Source: a virus
IMG/VR virus record: IMGVR_UViG_3300037465_000480
Strand: one strand, 5' to 3'
Length of the DNA stretch: 64,000 bases
Below, piece after piece: positions 19,104 through 29,375 of the stretch; positions within the stretch are counted from its first letter, which is position 1, and each line of letters starts with the position of its first letter. The position numbers were made by a program, and so were the translations under genes. The notes below the pieces were generated by a model. It made no database searches. It was not told where the DNA came from and saw only the letters and a program-made list of their open reading frames with translations.

Positions 19104-19372
19104 ACGTGCGGGTTAACGGCGTGAATGTTTTAGATGTGGTGGTGCAGCCTAAGACTGGCAAGGGAGCCAAGAAAAAAACAAGCCGTTATACCACCGTGAG
19201 TTTACAAGCCGAGCTGCGGTTTGCCGCACAATGGGCAGGGTATCGCTGGGAAGATTTTTTGAGGTTGCCAGGGTGTGGATATTGGGATAAGGAAGGGCGA
19301 GGATGTCAAGCTGACATCCTTATCATGTTCCGTATTCACAAAAAGTTAGAAGAATTAGCCTGGGCTGAATAA
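19100..19372 (+). CDS. Tail assembly chaperone extension (gpT-like), reached by -1 frameshift
   Basis: Lies in the -1 frame; slippery heptamer A AAA AAA at 19094-19100. Confidence 0.68.
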   Translation: MNVRVNGVNVLDVVVQPKTGKGAKKKTSRYTTVSLQAELRFAAQWAGYRWEDFLRLPGCGYWDKEGRGCQADILIMFRIHKKLEELAWAE

Positions 19373-22300
19373 TGGGCAGTGGATTAGAGCGTAGCGGGGT
19401 AGAGCTGGTTGTCATCGGGGCTGATAAGGCAGTCACCGACTTAAACCGCTTTAATACTGCCCTGGGAAAACTACAAAGCGAATCAGGGCGCGGCGTAGGG
19501 CTAATTACTTTCAACAGGACAATGGGACAAGTCACCACTTCTATGGGCAAAATGGGAGGTGGGCTTCAGGGGTTGCTGAGCAAGTTCTCAGGCGCGGGGC
19601 GACAGATGGGGGCTTTTGCTCAAGTGATGGGGATGGTTTCTCCTGCCGCAGGGGGAGCGATAGCCTCTACCACAGGATTAACAGCCGCATTAGGGACTTT
19701 AGGTGCAACGGCAGGTGCGGTAGCTCTGCCGCTCGTTGCAGCCACAGCCGCCTTAGCTGGTTTTGCTGCTTTGGGAGCCAGAGGTGCAAACTTGCAGCCG
19801 ACCCTTATGGCGTTTGGAAACCTGGTGGGGTCAGTGACTGACGCAGGCGCAGCCTTAGAACAAATGCGAAAAGACACCAGAGGAACGATTGCTGATTTTG
19901 AACTCATGCGCCTAGCGACAAGTTCTCTAGTGGGAACCAACCGCGCTTTCAGAGAGGCGGTGGTTAAGGATTTTGGGTTGATTGTCGATGCCGCTAATCG
20001 TATCGCGACGGCTACTGGACAATCCGCCGAGGTCGTCAGAGAAAAATTCATTAGAGGTCTTCGCTTAGGTAGCAAAAGGCTAGTGGATGATATTGGCGTT
20101 ATTGTTGATGCTTCAAAAGCCTACGAAACCTATGCTGCCTCTATTGGAAAATCCGCCACTGCGTTAACTGATTCAGAAAAGCAGACCGCTTTTGCTATGG
20201 CGGCTATAGAACAGCTTAAAACAAGCATTGGTGAGTTTGGCGAACCCATTGCTGTTTTAGATGCTCTCAAAATCCCTTTAGTAGCTATCACCAACATCCT
20301 GGATAAATTAGGGTTGGCTTTGCAACCTATTTTCACCCCCTTTGTGCAAGGGATAGCGGCTCTCTTTTCTGCTTTGCAAACAGGAGCAACCTATCTAATC
20401 TCTATTTTTGCATCTTTCGCTCAGGCTGTAGGAGCACTTATCACAGGTATCGCCAGCATTTTTCGTGCCTTTTTTAATTTGGTGTTTGGTGGGTTTTTCC
20501 GCTTGGCTGGACAAATCCTGCCTTATGTCGTGGCAGGCTTTAAGCTCTTTTGGATGGGCGTTAAGGCAGCCATAACAGGCATTACCAACATTGTCGTAGG
20601 GGTGCTGAATACTTTTGCCAGTGTGAGGGATAAAATTTTTGGCGGGCTGAATATTGACATCGAAAAGCTAGCGTTCAATATGGCGCGTGGCGGTGGGTAT
20701 GTCATCGGCTCTTTTGCGGCAGGGCTGCTGCGAGGTGGAACGTTTGTGGTCAGAGCGGTTACGAAAATCGCTCAAATTGTAGCAGACTTTTTGCAGGGGT
20801 TTTCTCCCCCTAAGACAGGCCCCTTAAGCGAAATTGATGAGGGGGGTAAAAATGTCATTCGTACCTGGGCGGATGGGTTCATCAAAGGCTTTATGAACCC
20901 TGCCGAACAAGTAGCCGAACAAGTGAATGAAAAGCTAGGCGAAATAGCCAGCTTTAGCAAAGAACAAGTGGCGTCTCGGTTAGAGGCTTTAGAATTGTCT
21001 ATCCGCCCCTTTGTAGAACAATTAAAAATCGCCAAGGCAGAAATGGAGGCGATAGCAGGCTGGGTAGACCCTGCTTTAGAGGCGGTTGAGCGGCAAAGAA
21101 AACGCGCCCTAGAATTATTCGCGCAAGGCAAAATTTCTGCTGAGCAACTCCGAGAACTTGATGAGCAGTTTGAGATGCTTACCCTGTTCAAAAACCAACA
21201 GCAAGAAATTGTCGATAGCGCGACTATCCAGTTAGCCATCGCGCAATCTCAAATCGCCACAGAGAAAGCCTTATTAGAAATTCAAGGTGAACGGCTTAAA
21301 GGGCAAGAGGCTATTGCCGACCTAGCAGAAGACATTGCCAAGCCCGAAGTACCAGCCAAGGGCGGCACGGGCGAAAAGGAACCTAAGCCAGCTAAAGAAG
21401 GGGCAGGGGCAGGGGCAGGGGCAGCGGCAGGGGCAGGAGAGGCTTCGCCCGCAGAAGAGCCATCTGTCCCCTTTGAAGGTGGGGCTGCCCCCCAAATACT
21501 CGACCCTGCCGCTGTTCAGCACGCAATGGAGGTCTTAGGCGCTGGTGCCGCCAGAGGCTTAGAAAATTCAGGGTATCATGAAGCTGTCGCCGCTTTTGAG
21601 GAGTCAACAGCAGGACTTTCGACTCAGATACAAAGGATAGCCGAAAGCGACCCCATACAATCTATCAAGGATAAATTCGCAGGATTAGAAAATGTCGCTA
21701 ATGCCCCCTTAGAGGCTCTTAAATCAGCTTTTAGGGGGGCGGTCTCCTTTATTGAAGGTGTGCTAAAAGGTTTGGAACGTGGTGTTCAAGCAACGTTTGG
21801 TTTTATAACGGGGATAGTCAACACCTTTGTTAACATTTTCAATACCATTTTGAGTATGATGGGCACAGCTTTGCAGAATGTCTTAGGCAGCGCGGGAGGG
21901 CAAAGAATTATTAGAGACTTCCAAACAGCTTGGCAAGGATTACAATCCGTTTTTAATGGCGTGCGAGAAGTGGTAGGGGGCGTGTTAACGGCTATTTACA
22001 ATTTCTTTGTAGGGAAAATAGTTAACGGAATTATACCTATCATTGATAGTCTGGTAACGATTTTCAATAATGTAAAAGAGGCTCTCAATTCATTCGCTGG
22101 CACTGTTTCCAGTACCTTTTCTAAAGCAATCACCCCCATTGAAGAGCTGATTACAACCTTAGGACAAAGGTTGTTTGAAACCCTGGATACAGTCGCCGCC
22201 ACCATCGGCGACAAACTCGCGCCCATTAGTAACGCATTCGGTTCAGTTTTTGGGTTTGGCGAAGATGCTGCACAGGCTGTAGGAGAGGGGGTAGATATTC

Positions 22301-23061
22301 ATTCCGCTATCAAATCGCTAGTGGCTCCTGATGGGTTACTGGGAGAAAACGGGGCATTTATCACAGGGATTGATGCTATCTTCGCCCCTGGTGGGCTTTT
22401 AGATACTGCGATAGCCAGTGTGCCAGCCATCTTTACTTCTATGCGGAAAAATATCGAAAATGCCATTACCAACTTAATGACCTGGTTAGATCTTAATTTC
22501 GTGAGCAAATTTGAAGCAGGCAGGGATGCCGTGATAGGGGCTATTCAAGCAGTGATCGACAAGTTTGGTAATTTTGCCTCTGAATTAGGGGGGGCTTTGT
22601 CAGGCTTAGGGCAAGCCTTGGTTGCGCATTTCGGGATGCCTGTACAAGACATCTTTAATCGCATTCTGACGGCGGCTGAATCAGCTATCAATTTGTTGAT
22701 TGATGGGTACAATGCTATCCCTGCCCTGCCTGATATAGGGCATGTTTCTTTTGGGAGTGTCAACATCTTTGGGGCGGCTAAAGGGGGGCGCAATCTCAGG
22801 GGGTGGGGTATTGTAGGAGAAAGGGGCCCTGAATTAATCTATCTCCCACGTCCTGCCGATATTATCCCTAACCGCGAAAGCGAAAACCTGCTTTCTTCCT
22901 TAGCCTCGCCGCGTCCTATTCCTTTACCCCCTACGCAGCGCGAGGGATTTGGCACCCAGAATATTGACCGTAGCCGCATTTATAACAACACCTTCAATAA
23001 TGCCGGACCTGATGAGGCATTATTGACCTTACGTATGATGGAGGCTTTCGGTAGGTCATGA
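19372..23061 (+). CDS. Tape measure protein
   Basis: 1229 aa, Ala/Gly-rich amphipathic helices; C-terminal GIVGERGPELI motif. Confidence 0.92.
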   Translation: MGSGLERSGVELVVIGADKAVTDLNRFNTALGKLQSESGRGVGLITFNRTMGQVTTSMGKMGGGLQGLLSKFSGAGRQMGAFAQVMGMVSPAAGGAIASTTGLTAALGTLGATAGAVALPLVAATAALAGFAALGARGANLQPTLMAFGNLVGSVTDAGAALEQMRKDTRGTIADFELMRLATSSLVGTNRAFREAVVKDFGLIVDAANRIATATGQSAEVVREKFIRGLRLGSKRLVDDIGVIVDASKAYETYAASIGKSATALTDSEKQTAFAMAAIEQLKTSIGEFGEPIAVLDALKIPLVAITNILDKLGLALQPIFTPFVQGIAALFSALQTGATYLISIFASFAQAVGALITGIASIFRAFFNLVFGGFFRLAGQILPYVVAGFKLFWMGVKAAITGITNIVVGVLNTFASVRDKIFGGLNIDIEKLAFNMARGGGYVIGSFAAGLLRGGTFVVRAVTKIAQIVADFLQGFSPPKTGPLSEIDEGGKNVIRTWADGFIKGFMNPAEQVAEQVNEKLGEIASFSKEQVASRLEALELSIRPFVEQLKIAKAEMEAIAGWVDPALEAVERQRKRALELFAQGKISAEQLRELDEQFEMLTLFKNQQQEIVDSATIQLAIAQSQIATEKALLEIQGERLKGQEAIADLAEDIAKPEVPAKGGTGEKEPKPAKEGAGAGAGAAAGAGEASPAEEPSVPFEGGAAPQILDPAAVQHAMEVLGAGAARGLENSGYHEAVAAFEESTAGLSTQIQRIAESDPIQSIKDKFAGLENVANAPLEALKSAFRGAVSFIEGVLKGLERGVQATFGFITGIVNTFVNIFNTILSMMGTALQNVLGSAGGQRIIRDFQTAWQGLQSVFNGVREVVGGVLTAIYNFFVGKIVNGIIPIIDSLVTIFNNVKEALNSFAGTVSSTFSKAITPIEELITTLGQRLFETLDTVAATIGDKLAPISNAFGSVFGFGEDAAQAVGEGVDIHSAIKSLVAPDGLLGENGAFITGIDAIFAPGGLLDTAIASVPAIFTSMRKNIENAITNLMTWLDLNFVSKFEAGRDAVIGAIQAVIDKFGNFASELGGALSGLGQALVAHFGMPVQDIFNRILTAAESAINLLIDGYNAIPALPDIGHVSFGSVNIFGAAKGGRNLRGWGIVGERGPELIYLPRPADIIPNRESENLLSSLASPRPIPLPPTQREGFGTQNIDRSRIYNNTFNNAGPDEALLTLRMMEAFGRS

Positions 23062-24281
23062 CGGTTTTTTTAGGGGATTATCAGTTAGCAGTCTATCATC
23101 CTCTTACGCGGGTTTTGCTGGATATTGTTACACAAGACAGATGGTTTGATCTTAAATACTCCCTGGTGTTGAACGGGGTAGGCAGGTTGCGAGTGAGCTT
23201 GCCGATTACTGACCCGCTGGTTGATTGGGCAACGCTTACTGATGTCATTGTGGTGGTAATGCGCCGCCATACCGAAAATGGCATTTTTGAAAACGAGGGA
23301 GCCTATCTCATCAGGTATTCCGATACTTCCGAAATTGACGAACGGACAGGACGCGAAATTGTTATCTTGGCAGGGCAGCACGCAAACCACCTGTTAGCCA
23401 GGCGTCAGATTAATGTAGACGATGACCCTGTAGGCGTTGCAGGGTTTGTAACTCGATCAGGGGACGCGCCCCTGGTGATGGGCGATTATGTGCGTTACCA
23501 ATGTGTTGATCCGCAAGTCAACACCTTTAGGGCAATGCCTTACTTTTTGATTGCTCCAAGTGAACTACGCTCCTACTTTGATACTTTCCAGAGGCGCAAT
23601 ACTGACGATAACCTGTTGGCAGTGTTACAAGAAATTGCCAATCAAGACCAAAACACCTGGTGTGATTTTACGGTTGAATATGAACATCCTTACTTTGTTT
23701 TTTATCCGCGCCAAATAGGAACGGATAAAAGCGAAACCGCTAATTATCTGGATTTTTTACTCTTTAACCCTAAACGCGGGAACCTTACCAAGCCAAGGCT
23801 TACTTGGGATAGGGACGAGGAAATTACAGGATGCTATGTGGCTGGTCAGGGGCTAACCGCTGATCGGGTGTTTATTTTATTCACGGCGGATACCAGTGAA
23901 GATAGTCCTTACAACTTGATAGAGGCTGTCACTGATGGGCGAAGTTATGAGAGCTATTCGGAGATTGAGTCCGCAGGTATTAGCTACTTAAACGAACATC
24001 GGGCTGAACAAAAATTTGAGTTTGAGCTAGATATAGATGGTCAAGCATCGCGTTATCGTGTAGACTGGGAATTAGGCGATATTGTCAGTGTGGGCTATGT
24101 TGACTATGCGGAAGACCATCGCATTATTCAGGTAGAGGTTACATTAGGTGGGGGGTTTGAGGAAAGGATAAAAATTAAAACCCAAAAATGGAGACTGACG
24201 GTAGCCTCTGCTGGAGCTTTGCTTATTGACAGTGATGGGTACTTTTTGCTTGACAGTGACGGATATTATCTGAGCGATTAA
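23058..24281 (+). CDS. Minor tail/baseplate hub protein (Tal, ReqiPepy6 gp37-like)
   Basis: Follows the TMP; YVAGQG...R and YRVDWELGDIVSV motifs. Confidence 0.72.
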   Translation: MTVFLGDYQLAVYHPLTRVLLDIVTQDRWFDLKYSLVLNGVGRLRVSLPITDPLVDWATLTDVIVVVMRRHTENGIFENEGAYLIRYSDTSEIDERTGREIVILAGQHANHLLARRQINVDDDPVGVAGFVTRSGDAPLVMGDYVRYQCVDPQVNTFRAMPYFLIAPSELRSYFDTFQRRNTDDNLLAVLQEIANQDQNTWCDFTVEYEHPYFVFYPRQIGTDKSETANYLDFLLFNPKRGNLTKPRLTWDRDEEITGCYVAGQGLTADRVFILFTADTSEDSPYNLIEAVTDGRSYESYSEIESAGISYLNEHRAEQKFEFELDIDGQASRYRVDWELGDIVSVGYVDYAEDHRIIQVEVTLGGGFEERIKIKTQKWRLTVASAGALLIDSDGYFLLDSDGYYLSD

Positions 24282-24286
24282 AGACA

Positions 24287-25489
24287 ATGCCACCTAATCC
24301 CGTACCTACCCGCCAAATAGATAACGATGCCGTAATCCAGTGGATTAGGCGTGTCGTCAGGTCTTCTATACCAGGCAGCCTGCCTGATAGTGGCTTTATC
24401 TTTGATTGGTTCGAAACCGATGGTTATCATTGGATTAACAGCGCAGGAACGGAATACGTAGCCGCTTACGACAGCTTAGCGAATGTGGTAGCTACCCGCT
24501 TTAAAGTAGCCAGCGCGACCATTGTCACCTTGTCCAGCGACGCTTTTACAGCAACCCTGCCTTATCATATTGTCGCCGCCGAAACAGGTACGGCTGACAA
24601 TTTAGCCACCATCACCGCAGCCAGCGGCAACACCTTTCTCATTATTCAGCCTGATGTTGGTGATACCATTACCGTTAAGCACGGTATGGGTAACATCTTC
24701 CTTAATGGGGCGGCTGATATTGCGTTGTCTGGCAACATGACCTTGCTCCTGTTCTATGATGGCACTAACTGGGCGGATTTGGGGGCTGGCTCCTCTGGAA
24801 GTGGGGCGCCAACGAATGCGACCTACATTACCCAAACCCCGAATGGAACCTTAAGCAATGAGCAAGCCCTTTCTGCTCTGGCTACAGGTATCTTGAAAAG
24901 CACCACAGGCACGGGTGTGGTGTCTATCGCTGTAGCAGGTACGGACTATTCGGAACCTTTAACGGTTAAAGAAATTGATGGGACGCCGAGTGCCTCACCT
25001 GTGAAAACGATCAGGGTGGAAAACGGAACCTTGACCAATGACGGGGGTGGGCAAGTCACCATCAAACCCTATCTCATCCTCAACCTTAATCCCACAGCTT
25101 TCACGGGGTCAGTCGACCCTTACGGGTCAACATCCATGACAGCGGCAGCCCAAAACAGGCGGTTTACGGGGATTATCCCCATTGGCTACACAACCATTGC
25201 CAAAATGCGGGCGCGATTTGTCATCACAGGGGCAGCAGGCAATGAACAAGGGGACTGGTATATCGGGGCTGACGCAATAGATGAGGTGGCAGGAGCGAAT
25301 GTGGTTTCTACGCTAAATGCGACATTAACGCTTACTGCCAATGGCGATATACACGAATACAACCTGGATAGTTTGGCTTCCAGTCTGACCATCGCCGAGG
25401 GCGACAGTTTAGGAGTACGGTTCGTTTTTGATCGTATCGGCGGGACTGCCACAATTGAATTAATGAGCGTAGAGGTGTGGTTACAATGA
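24287..25489 (+). CDS. Tail fibre / minor tail protein
   Basis: Thr/Gly/Ala-rich; VAAETGTADNLATI and APTNATYITQTPNGTLSNEQAL segments are fibre-like. Confidence 0.62.
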   Translation: MPPNPVPTRQIDNDAVIQWIRRVVRSSIPGSLPDSGFIFDWFETDGYHWINSAGTEYVAAYDSLANVVATRFKVASATIVTLSSDAFTATLPYHIVAAETGTADNLATITAASGNTFLIIQPDVGDTITVKHGMGNIFLNGAADIALSGNMTLLLFYDGTNWADLGAGSSGSGAPTNATYITQTPNGTLSNEQALSALATGILKSTTGTGVVSIAVAGTDYSEPLTVKEIDGTPSASPVKTIRVENGTLTNDGGGQVTIKPYLILNLNPTAFTGSVDPYGSTSMTAAAQNRRFTGIIPIGYTTIAKMRARFVITGAAGNEQGDWYIGADAIDEVAGANVVSTLNATLTLTANGDIHEYNLDSLASSLTIAEGDSLGVRFVFDRIGGTATIELMSVEVWLQ

Positions 25490-25920
25490 CCGTCACAGTA
25501 AGCGTCCCTTGGAAACCGAGTTTTTATCCTGCTTTGGAATTAGCGATTAAAAACGCGCTACCCCCTACAATCGCTTTCCAAAGCGGTTTCAAGCCCCCTA
25601 ATCGCGGCAATATCCTGCAAATCGAGGGGGAGTTTTCATCACAAGAGATTACAACTTTACAAGCCATTCTTGATGGTCACGCCAGCCTGAGTCCGTCTGC
25701 CAGCCAAGCCAGCATTACAGCGAATGGGGTAGCAGAGTCGGTGGTGACAGTCCACGGACTGACCACGTTCAATTACAGGGTGTGGCTGAGTGGGGTGGTG
25801 GTGCTGAGTGGGACGATCAGTGATGGCAGTTTGGAATATAGCACGGACACACCTGGGGCGTATACGATTGAAGTGATGGATGGAAATAGCACGGGGTATG
25901 TAGAGGTGGTGGCAAATTGA
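25486..25920 (+). CDS. Hypothetical tail-associated protein
   Basis: Overlaps neighbours by 4 bp; beta-rich C-terminus. Confidence 0.5.
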   Translation: MTVTVSVPWKPSFYPALELAIKNALPPTIAFQSGFKPPNRGNILQIEGEFSSQEITTLQAILDGHASLSPSASQASITANGVAESVVTVHGLTTFNYRVWLSGVVVLSGTISDGSLEYSTDTPGAYTIEVMDGNSTGYVEVVAN

Positions 25921-26444
25921 AAAAACATTGGCTTTATCTCAAGTATGTTTTGCGCCATAAGTGGTATGTGTTTCTGGCGTGCCTGGAATATGGCTTGGTC
26001 TGGCGCGGCATTAAACACGATTGGACGAAGTTTCTGCCCTCGGAATGGTTTCCCTATGCTGAATATTTTTATGGGGACAAGCGTCCTGACGTGGGGACAA
26101 CTGGTTATAATCACGCTCGGCATCAAGAGGATAAACAGTTCAATTATGCCTGGAATCACCACCAGAAACGCAATCCCCATCACTGGCAATATTATGTTGT
26201 CAATTATGACGATGGTCGCACATTCGTACTCGAAATGCCCAAAGCAGATATGAAGGAAATGTTATGTGATTGGCGCGGCGCAGGTAGGGCACAGGGAAAA
26301 CCCAACATTTGGGAATGGTATGAAGCCAACAAAGAGAAAATGCAATTGCACCCTGAAACCCGTGCCTGGATTGAAGCAGAATTGGGCAAACAACGTAGAA
26401 AACACGAACAAGAAATGCGCTTACGGCAGTTAGGAATTTTGTAG
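25917..26444 (+). CDS. DUF5662-like (HD-type, His-rich) protein
   Basis: RHKWYV...HDWTKF...AWNHHQKRNPHHWQY...EMLCDW pattern. Confidence 0.65.
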   Translation: MKKHWLYLKYVLRHKWYVFLACLEYGLVWRGIKHDWTKFLPSEWFPYAEYFYGDKRPDVGTTGYNHARHQEDKQFNYAWNHHQKRNPHHWQYYVVNYDDGRTFVLEMPKADMKEMLCDWRGAGRAQGKPNIWEWYEANKEKMQLHPETRAWIEAELGKQRRKHEQEMRLRQLGIL

Positions 26445-26452
26445 GAGTCACT

Positions 26453-26641
26453 ATGGCAAAAGTACAGTACACCAGCGACCAAGCAAACGCCCTCAAAGCG
26501 AAAGCCCAATTTAATCAGGCTTACGAAGCCCTCACTACGGGTTGGGCGGCTCTCGATCAAGCTGGCAAACAAGCTGCCTTACAGCAAGGATTGATGGTAA
26601 CCATGCGGATTGTGCGCTATATCATGGGACGCTTGTTATGA
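26453..26641 (+). CDS. Hypothetical protein
   Basis: RBS AGGAG; 62 aa; coupled to the next gene. Confidence 0.55.
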   Translation: MAKVQYTSDQANALKAKAQFNQAYEALTTGWAALDQAGKQAALQQGLMVTMRIVRYIMGRLL

Positions 26642-27039
26642 AAACCACAGAAGACCGCTTGGCTGAAATACAAGCACAATTACGCAATGTGCAAAAGCAA
26701 TCTGTTCGCAGTGAGGTTACAGGGGGAATACAATCTGCTCTTTGGAACGAATTACCTGCGGCTTATCAGGTAGGGCGCGTGTATGTGGTGACAGACATAT
26801 TACAAGGGGTGCTTTTCCTCGATATGGGCAGCGATTTGGGCTTTTTGCCAATCGGCATGTTGCCCAATCTAACAGTAGCGGAATTGCAGTCTTCTAGTAA
26901 TGTGCCTACTGGGGCGATGGCTTTAGCTACCAACGGGAGACGGACAGGCGAATTAGGCGAGCATGGTAGCGGATGTCCCGTCTGGTTTGATGGGGTGGTA
27001 TGGCGTACCTTTTATGATAATTCTGAGGTTTTGGCATGA
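26638..27039 (+). CDS. Hypothetical tail-associated protein
   Basis: ATG overlaps the previous stop; ALATNGRRTGE...CPVWFDGVVW. Confidence 0.5.
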   Translation: MKTTEDRLAEIQAQLRNVQKQSVRSEVTGGIQSALWNELPAAYQVGRVYVVTDILQGVLFLDMGSDLGFLPIGMLPNLTVAELQSSSNVPTGAMALATNGRRTGELGEHGSGCPVWFDGVVWRTFYDNSEVLA

Positions 27040-27935
27040 TAACCGAATTGCATTCGATTACCACAGCAGACGGGCAAACCTACATTCTTAACGACGGAGT
27101 AAGCCGCTGGGTATCTGTACCAACACCAGGCAATTTAGGACTTCCCCCTTTTAAGGCGGTAACGGAAAGAGGATACAAGCAAAATAGGGAAAATGAAGTA
27201 TCGCTGTATTTGCAGCCTAGAACATTGCAAATCACGTTTCAACATAACGGATGCAGCCGTGAGGAATATTGGCAAATGAGAGCCGCCCTACTAGACATCT
27301 GCCGCCCTAACAGAGAGGGGCTGGCAGTCTATACCTTCATTAACGAGGCGCGGGTTAAGCGTGCCATTCAAGGCAGGATACAATCCCCTACGTTTGCCGA
27401 AAGCGATATTGAAGAATGGAAAGAATGGGAGTTTAACGAACCTATTCAAATAGATTGTTACGACCCCACCTTTTACGACCCTGACATCAAACAAGCCTCT
27501 TTTGTGCATACGGCGGCTGACCCTGCTTTGGTCTTCCCCGCTGCTTTTCCTATCTATTTTGACAGTGCCATAGATGCTTACAATGCTGCTATCGCTTACC
27601 ATGGCACATGGGAAACTTTTCCCATCTTGATTGTCACAGGACAGGCACAGGGGATTATTATGGAGCATGAGGATTTAGGCTTGTTTATCTATTTTTTGGG
27701 CACGGTAGCGGTAGGGGAGACCTTAACGATTGATTTACGCAACCGAACCGTAGAGAGTGATTTGAAAGGCAACCGCTTTACCGAACTGGCTCCTATCAGT
27801 GATTTAACCTCTTGGAGACTCCTACCAGCCCCGCAAGTTAGCGGGGGCGTGAACAATATCCAGATTGGGATAGACGGAATAACCCCAGAAACCACAGTCA
27901 CCTTACGCTTTTATGAGAGGTACATCGGCATATGA
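27036..27935 (+). CDS. Distal tail protein (Dit, siphovirus tail component)
   Basis: YLQPRTLQITF, DCYDPTFYD, YHGTWETFPILIVTG, ETLTIDL and LLPAP..GVNNI motifs typical of Dit. Confidence 0.72.
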   Translation: MITELHSITTADGQTYILNDGVSRWVSVPTPGNLGLPPFKAVTERGYKQNRENEVSLYLQPRTLQITFQHNGCSREEYWQMRAALLDICRPNREGLAVYTFINEARVKRAIQGRIQSPTFAESDIEEWKEWEFNEPIQIDCYDPTFYDPDIKQASFVHTAADPALVFPAAFPIYFDSAIDAYNAAIAYHGTWETFPILIVTGQAQGIIMEHEDLGLFIYFLGTVAVGETLTIDLRNRTVESDLKGNRFTELAPISDLTSWRLLPAPQVSGGVNNIQIGIDGITPETTVTLRFYERYIGI

Positions 27936-29368
27936 CCATCACCACGCGCCCTTATGATGGCAGCGGTTTATCAGGCGATAGCGGGCCTTATAGCAGTGCC
28001 CAATGGCGCAAGACCTGGTTTGATTTACTGGGGAAACGGGGAAGCGCGACCAATAACGCTGGCAACCTGGGGGTGTTGTATGGGGTGTTAAACGAATTAA
28101 GGGTGGATGCCAACAGCCCAGCTGCCATGAACGTTAAGGTCAAGAGCGGGGCGGCTTGTATTCAAGGTATGTGGCTCGAAAACGATGCCGATGTTACCGT
28201 AACCGTGCCAAGCAATTCGACAGGCTCAACCCGCTATGACATCATTTATGCCCAATATGATGCAACCACCCGCTTAGGCAGTATCAATATCGCTGTAGGC
28301 ACGACTGTTTTACCCACCCTCACCCAAAGCCTGGGGGGAACCTACCAAATACCTTTAGCTTATCTGGCTGTCCCCAATGGCGCAACCAGCATAACAGCGG
28401 CGATGATTTTTGATTATCGCGGCTGGGCGAATATGCCAGAGACAGTAGGCACGCTTGTGCAAAACGTCTCTGGGGGGGCTTTGGATCATGGCGATGTGGT
28501 TGTCTGGTCTACGAGTACCAGCAGGGGGGTAACGACTAGCAGCACTGCCTTAAATCACGTAGCAGGGGTGGTCGAAGGCTATATCCCGAATAATGGGTGG
28601 GGAAGGATAATCACCAAGGGAGTACACCGCGTTAACATTGGCGGAAATACAGTGGCTAGAGGGGATGTTCTGTCACAGTCTACCAGTGTGAAAGTGGCGG
28701 CTGCCTTGAATGCCCTAACCTCTTTTGCTGTGGCTGTGGAACCATCTTCAGCAGTGGTGAATGGGCGCATTCTCGCAGAAATAAACGCCCTTCCTTTTCC
28801 GCGTATTATGACCGCGCAAGGCGATTTAATTGTCCTCAATAATGCTAACCAACATGTGAGGAGAGCGCGACCGACAAACGGTTTTCCCCTGATTGGTGAC
28901 AGTAGCCAAGCCACAGGTTACAAGGATGGGGGGCAACTTAAAACTTCCATTGTCAGGATGGGAACCAAACTCACGCTGACAGGGGATTTAGCCATTACCG
29001 CAGGGGTGGCTACTGATATTACCTGGCAAAATGAGGTTTACGATTCCAATACCTTTATTGCAGTCCCAGCAGTATCTATCACTATTCCATCAGGGTTGGG
29101 AGGTCTTTACCTGGTATTGGGCAATCTGGATATTGGCAGCGGTTCTGGCGGGAGTTTATTGATGGAACTAAAAGTTAATGGTGTGGTAGTGCTAAATTTG
29201 CGTGGGGTGACAACGGCTACACGGGCAACCGCTTTCTTTAGCGTCCCCTTGGTAATGTCGGCTGCGGATGCTTTGAAAGTGACCGTCACCATCACAGGTG
29301 GGGCAACCCATACCCTGTATTCAGGCACTGCCAACACGTTTTTTGCTATCGAATATCTAGGTACATAG
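27932..29368 (+). CDS. Upper baseplate / receptor-binding tail fibre protein
   Basis: MNVKVKSGAACIQG...RYDIIYA...YQIPLAYLAVPNGATSI..IFDYR N-terminus; C-terminal beta-sandwich. Confidence 0.68.
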   Translation: MTITTRPYDGSGLSGDSGPYSSAQWRKTWFDLLGKRGSATNNAGNLGVLYGVLNELRVDANSPAAMNVKVKSGAACIQGMWLENDADVTVTVPSNSTGSTRYDIIYAQYDATTRLGSINIAVGTTVLPTLTQSLGGTYQIPLAYLAVPNGATSITAAMIFDYRGWANMPETVGTLVQNVSGGALDHGDVVVWSTSTSRGVTTSSTALNHVAGVVEGYIPNNGWGRIITKGVHRVNIGGNTVARGDVLSQSTSVKVAAALNALTSFAVAVEPSSAVVNGRILAEINALPFPRIMTAQGDLIVLNNANQHVRRARPTNGFPLIGDSSQATGYKDGGQLKTSIVRMGTKLTLTGDLAITAGVATDITWQNEVYDSNTFIAVPAVSITIPSGLGGLYLVLGNLDIGSGSGGSLLMELKVNGVVVLNLRGVTTATRATAFFSVPLVMSAADALKVTVTITGGATHTLYSGTANTFFAIEYLGT

Positions 29369-29375
29369 AGGGGTA

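Noticed and set aside
24287-29368. Diversity-generating retroelement targeting tail fibres
   Set aside because: No reverse transcriptase (YxDD) and no template/variable repeat pair seen by eye; a self-alignment would settle it.
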